Notes under the pieces: generated by a model
The model's database searches: none
Told to the model about the DNA's origin: nothing
Seen by the model: the letters and a program-made list of their open reading frames with translations, nothing else
Made by a program: the position numbers and the translations under genes
Shown here: piece after piece, positions 15,642-18,764 of the stretch
Position numbering within the stretch: the first letter of the stretch is position 1
How the letters are laid out: each line of letters starts with the position of its first letter
Source of the DNA: Campylobacterota bacterium
GTDB lineage: Bacteria; Campylobacterota; Campylobacteria; Campylobacterales; Sulfurimonadaceae
Length of the DNA stretch: 18,764 nt
Direction: 5' to 3'
Assembly: GCA_034661055.1 (NCBI GenBank)
Contig: JAYEKO010000032.1
Span: forward strand, 1 to 18,764

Positions 15642-16421
15642 ATGGGTAAAAAAAAGTGTCCCGAATGTGAGAAGTGTCTTCCTGCGTGGTTAGCTGCATT
15701 TGGGGACTTAATGAGTCTGTTGCTGTGCTTTTTTGTACTACTGCTCTCAATGTCAAGTATGGATGCAAAAAAAGTCTCTGAAGCCATCGGTTCACTTGCC
15801 GGTGCAATGAGTGTACTTGAAGGGGGTACTAAAACAGAGATTTCAAAACAGCGTATTCAGGAATCTACTCCCATAGAGTCTCAGGATGAGACATCAGAAC
15901 AGGTAAATAAAGTCTCTGCTGCAGTTATGGACGCCAATGAGATGATGGAAAAAGGTCATGGTCCATCAATTGCCGTTGAAGAGGCTCAAGATGGCTTTGT
16001 TATTCAGCTGCCTTCAGCACTTCTTTTTAAACCAGGAAGTGCCAAAATAGAAAATGATGATGCCATATTGTTTTTAAAACGTATCGCTCTTATTGTTGAT
16101 CAGCTTCCTAATAATATTGAAGTGAGTGTCCGTGGGCATACCGATAATGCTACTCCTGCAGATGACAGTCCCTATAAAAACAACTGGGAACTCTCAACAG
16201 CTCGTGCCATTTCAGTACTTAATGAACTGCAGATAGATGGGGTGAGTCCTGAACGTATGCATGCTGCAGGTTTCTCTATGTACAGACCTTTAGCAACCAA
16301 TGCTACTAAAAAAGGACGTGAACGTAATCGACGTGTTGAGTTGCACTTTTTTGGAAGTGAGACTGACAAGCAGGGTGCAGCCAAAAATACAATCTTAGAT
16401 AAGGTAGCGGCACCAAAATAA
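15642..16421 (+). CDS. motB: Flagellar stator B subunit (MotB/PomB family)
   Basis: WLAAFGDLMSLLLCFFVLL TM helix with the conserved Asp (D22). OmpA-like peptidoglycan-binding domain with GHTD, NWELSTARA and NRRVE. Confidence 0.94.
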   Translation: MGKKKCPECEKCLPAWLAAFGDLMSLLLCFFVLLLSMSSMDAKKVSEAIGSLAGAMSVLEGGTKTEISKQRIQESTPIESQDETSEQVNKVSAAVMDANEMMEKGHGPSIAVEEAQDGFVIQLPSALLFKPGSAKIENDDAILFLKRIALIVDQLPNNIEVSVRGHTDNATPADDSPYKNNWELSTARAISVLNELQIDGVSPERMHAAGFSMYRPLATNATKKGRERNRRVELHFFGSETDKQGAAKNTILDKVAAPK

Positions 16422-17152
16422 TGCGTATCTTCTCTATTTTAATGCTTTTGGCAGTCTCACTTTTTGCTGAAAGTGTTGATATACCAACCATGAACTTTTC
16501 ACTCTCGGCACCTGACTCTCCTGAGCAGCTAGTTAGTTCATTAAATGTACTAGTTCTTCTTACTATTTTATTCTTGGCACCTAGTTTGGTCTTGGTAATG
16601 ACAACATTTACACGTTTTGTTATTGTCTTTGGATTTTTACGTCAAGCACTTGGAACACAGCAGATTCCACCAACCCAACTTCTTGTAATGCTGGCATTAA
16701 TCTTAACTTTTTTTGTGATGGAACCCATTGGAAAAAAGGCATATGTCGATGGAATTAAGCCTTATATTAAAGAGAAAATAACTTACGAAGAGGCCTTTAC
16801 TAAAACAGCAGAGCCTTTTAAAAATTTTATGATAAAAAATACGCGTGAAAAAGATTTAGCACTCTTTTTTAGAATTAGAGGTATAGAGAATCCTCAGAGC
16901 ATTTCAGAGGTCTCCCTTTCAGTCATAATTCCGGCCTTTGTGATTAGTGAGTTAAAGACTGCTTTTGAAATAGGATTTTTACTTTTTCTGCCCTTTTTGG
17001 TTATTGATATGGTTGTTGCATCTATTTTAATGTCAATGGGTATGATGATGCTTCCACCTGTTATGATATCACTACCTTTTAAAATTTTGGTCTTTGTCTT
17101 AATAGACGGCTGGAATTTATTGATTGGAAACTTGATTGCGAGTATTAAATGA
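16421..17152 (+). CDS. fliP: Flagellar export apparatus protein FliP
   Basis: Signal peptide, LRQALGTQQIPP, PAFVISELKTAFEIGF and GMMMLPPVMISLPFKILVFVLIDGW. Confidence 0.97.
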   Translation: MRIFSILMLLAVSLFAESVDIPTMNFSLSAPDSPEQLVSSLNVLVLLTILFLAPSLVLVMTTFTRFVIVFGFLRQALGTQQIPPTQLLVMLALILTFFVMEPIGKKAYVDGIKPYIKEKITYEEAFTKTAEPFKNFMIKNTREKDLALFFRIRGIENPQSISEVSLSVIIPAFVISELKTAFEIGFLLFLPFLVIDMVVASILMSMGMMMLPPVMISLPFKILVFVLIDGWNLLIGNLIASIK

Positions 17153-18258
17153 TGAGATGTAAACACTTTGGTGAGTGTGGAAGTTGTCGTAATTATGAAC
17201 TAAGTTATGATGAACAGCTAGAAGGTAAAGTGGCACGCATACAGAAGATGTTTAGCCCTTTTTACAGCGGTAATATTGATGTTTTTGAGTCTCCACAAGA
17301 GCACTACCGCGCCCGTTCAGAGTTTAAAATATGGCATGTTGAAGATGAGATTCATTATGCTATGAATGCCTTGTATCATAAGGGTGTTGTGCTTATTGAG
17401 GAGTGTCCGATGGTAAGTGAATCTATCGCCTCTTTAATGCCAAACCTGCTTCTTAAAATTAAAGAGTGTGGTATTGATAGAAAACTCTTTGGAGCTGATT
17501 TTTTGAGTACACAAAAGGGGGAACTTCTTGTGACTCTGATTTACCATAGAAAACTTGATGATGAGTGGAAGCATAAGGCTCAAGAAATTGCAAAAGAGTT
17601 AGGCATCAAGATCATTGGACGCAGTAGAAAACAGAAGATTGTTTTGAGTGATGATTTTGTTGTCGAGACCTTAAATATTAATGAAAAAAAGTATGAGTTT
17701 AAGCAGATAGAAAATAGCTTCACACAACCTAATGCTAAAGTGAATGAGAAAATGCTTGGTTGGGCAATGAAGCAATTTGATGGACTAGATGCTGACCTTT
17801 TAGAACTCTACTGTGGAGCAGGAAATTTTACAATTCCTTTTGCTTCTAAGTTTACTAAAGTTCTAGCAACTGAGATCTCTAAGTCATCCATTAATGCGGC
17901 TAAGACTAATATGCAGTTAAATGGTGTAGATAATATTGAATTTGTACGTATGGGTGTCGAAGAGTTTACGCAGGCACTTGATGGTGTTAGAGCATTTCGA
18001 CGCATGAAAGATATTGATATAGCATCCTACACACTTGAATCAATTTTTGTCGATCCGCCACGTTCTGGTATGGATGAAAATACATGTAAATTTACAAGTA
18101 GGTTTGATAATATACTCTATATATCGTGTAACCCTGAGACGCTTCTTGTTGATTTAGAACGTCTTAAAGAGCATCATAAAGTAGTCTCTATGGCACTGTT
18201 TGATCAATTTCCATATACTAATCATTTAGAGATGGGTGTCAAGCTACAAAAGTTGTAA
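17149..18258 (+). CDS. trmA: tRNA (uracil-54-C5)-methyltransferase
   Basis: HYRARSEFKIWH, ENSFTQPN, LELYCGAGNF, VDPPRSG, YISCNP (catalytic Cys) and DQFPYTNHLE. Confidence 0.93.
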   Translation: MMRCKHFGECGSCRNYELSYDEQLEGKVARIQKMFSPFYSGNIDVFESPQEHYRARSEFKIWHVEDEIHYAMNALYHKGVVLIEECPMVSESIASLMPNLLLKIKECGIDRKLFGADFLSTQKGELLVTLIYHRKLDDEWKHKAQEIAKELGIKIIGRSRKQKIVLSDDFVVETLNINEKKYEFKQIENSFTQPNAKVNEKMLGWAMKQFDGLDADLLELYCGAGNFTIPFASKFTKVLATEISKSSINAAKTNMQLNGVDNIEFVRMGVEEFTQALDGVRAFRRMKDIDIASYTLESIFVDPPRSGMDENTCKFTSRFDNILYISCNPETLLVDLERLKEHHKVVSMALFDQFPYTNHLEMGVKLQKL

Positions 18259-18279
18259 TTATTTAGCACCTCTAAATAA
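18259..18279. terminator. Inverted repeat immediately after trmA, weak terminator or operator candidate
   Basis: TTATTTAG-CACCT-CTAAATAA, an 8-bp AT-rich stem with a 5-nt loop. Confidence 0.35.
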
Positions 18280-18359
18280 CTAGTTGTTTGAGCTTTTGGA
18301 TGAAGAAAACCAAGTGTTAACATGCCCAATGCTTGCAAAAATTTAAAAAAAGGGTGATT

Positions 18360-18764
18360 ATGTCACTTTCATGTCCTGTCTCATTTGAGAAGGTTAATGC
18401 AACTATTGTGCGTATTAATGCTCTCAACGTTACACTATTATTACTTTTATTTTTAGTTACAGAAATGGTTCTACCTTTATATATCTTACTGTTAGATTTT
18501 AATATTAGACTCTTTGCAGATAAGAGGTACTCTCCTCTTTATCAGCTCTCTTGCGCTCTCTTAAACCTCTTTCATCTTAAAAGTATTATGGAAGATGCTG
18601 CAGCAAAACGCTTGGCTGCATATTTTGGACTGCTCTTTACCTTAATTTTAATTATCTTTTATCACCTTGATGTTACTACAGCTCTATATGCAGTTGCTTC
18701 ACTATTTATTATGTGTGCTTTTTTAGAGGCAGCTTTTGGTTACTGTGTAGGCTGTAAAATCTAT
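18360..18764 (+). CDS. DUF4395-like membrane protein, truncated at the right edge
   Basis: Manual translation of 135 open codons: MSLSCPVSFEKVNATIVRINA...YSPL...EDAAAKRLAAYFG...LEAAFGYCVGCKIY. AGGGTG Shine-Dalgarno-like sequence upstream. Absent from the ORF track because there is no stop in the window. Confidence 0.82.
   Translation, partial: MSLSCPVSFEKVNATIVRINALNVTLLLLLFLVTEMVLPLYILLLDFNIRLFADKRYSPLYQLSCALLNLFHLKSIMEDAAAKRLAAYFGLLFTLILIIFYHLDVTTALYAVASLFIMCAFLEAAFGYCVGCKIY

Noticed and set aside
1716..18005. The short antisense or alternate-frame ORFs in the track (e.g. 2766-3149, 7206-7535, 11153-11524, 14848-15168)
   Set aside because: All overlap well-supported genes and show no recognisable motifs. 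They are most likely shadow ORFs.
18323..18337. TGCCCAATGCTTGCA as a sigma54 promoter
   Set aside because: It lacks the invariant -24 GG and the spacing is one base short.
1..18764. CRISPR array, tRNA/rRNA, IS, prophage or defence system
   Set aside because: I saw no periodic repeats, no intergenic gap with RNA-gene features, and no transposase, integrase or nuclease ORFs. Nearly all of the sequence is accounted for by core genes.

Overview
AT-rich (roughly 35-37% GC by eye), gene-dense chromosomal window from a Campylobacterota bacterium. A Sulfurimonas-like relative is inferred from gene order and protein style. Content is almost all core genome. Left to right: the start of an exported protein (minus, truncated), dsbD, a cytochrome c-lpxB pair (minus), a catalytically degenerate dihydroorotase homologue, a membrane sensor-GGDEF-EAL protein, htpG (minus), and the conserved glmU-coaBC-uppS-prepilin peptidase-lptF-truA operon (minus). 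Divergent from that operon are motA-motB-fliP-trmA and a DUF4395-like membrane protein truncated at the right edge. I see no transposase, integrase, phage gene, CRISPR array or RNA gene, and no convincing new multi-gene system. The most unusual signal is a 36-nt, 64% GC double-hairpin segment in frame inside htpG (7550-7585). It looks like a miniature palindromic repeat element inserted into a coding sequence, but only one copy is visible here. Other points: an HspR/HAIR-like operator upstream of htpG, a Na+-type (PomAB-like) stator with a Pro-to-Gly change, and a TrmA with an RlmD-type four-Cys motif.
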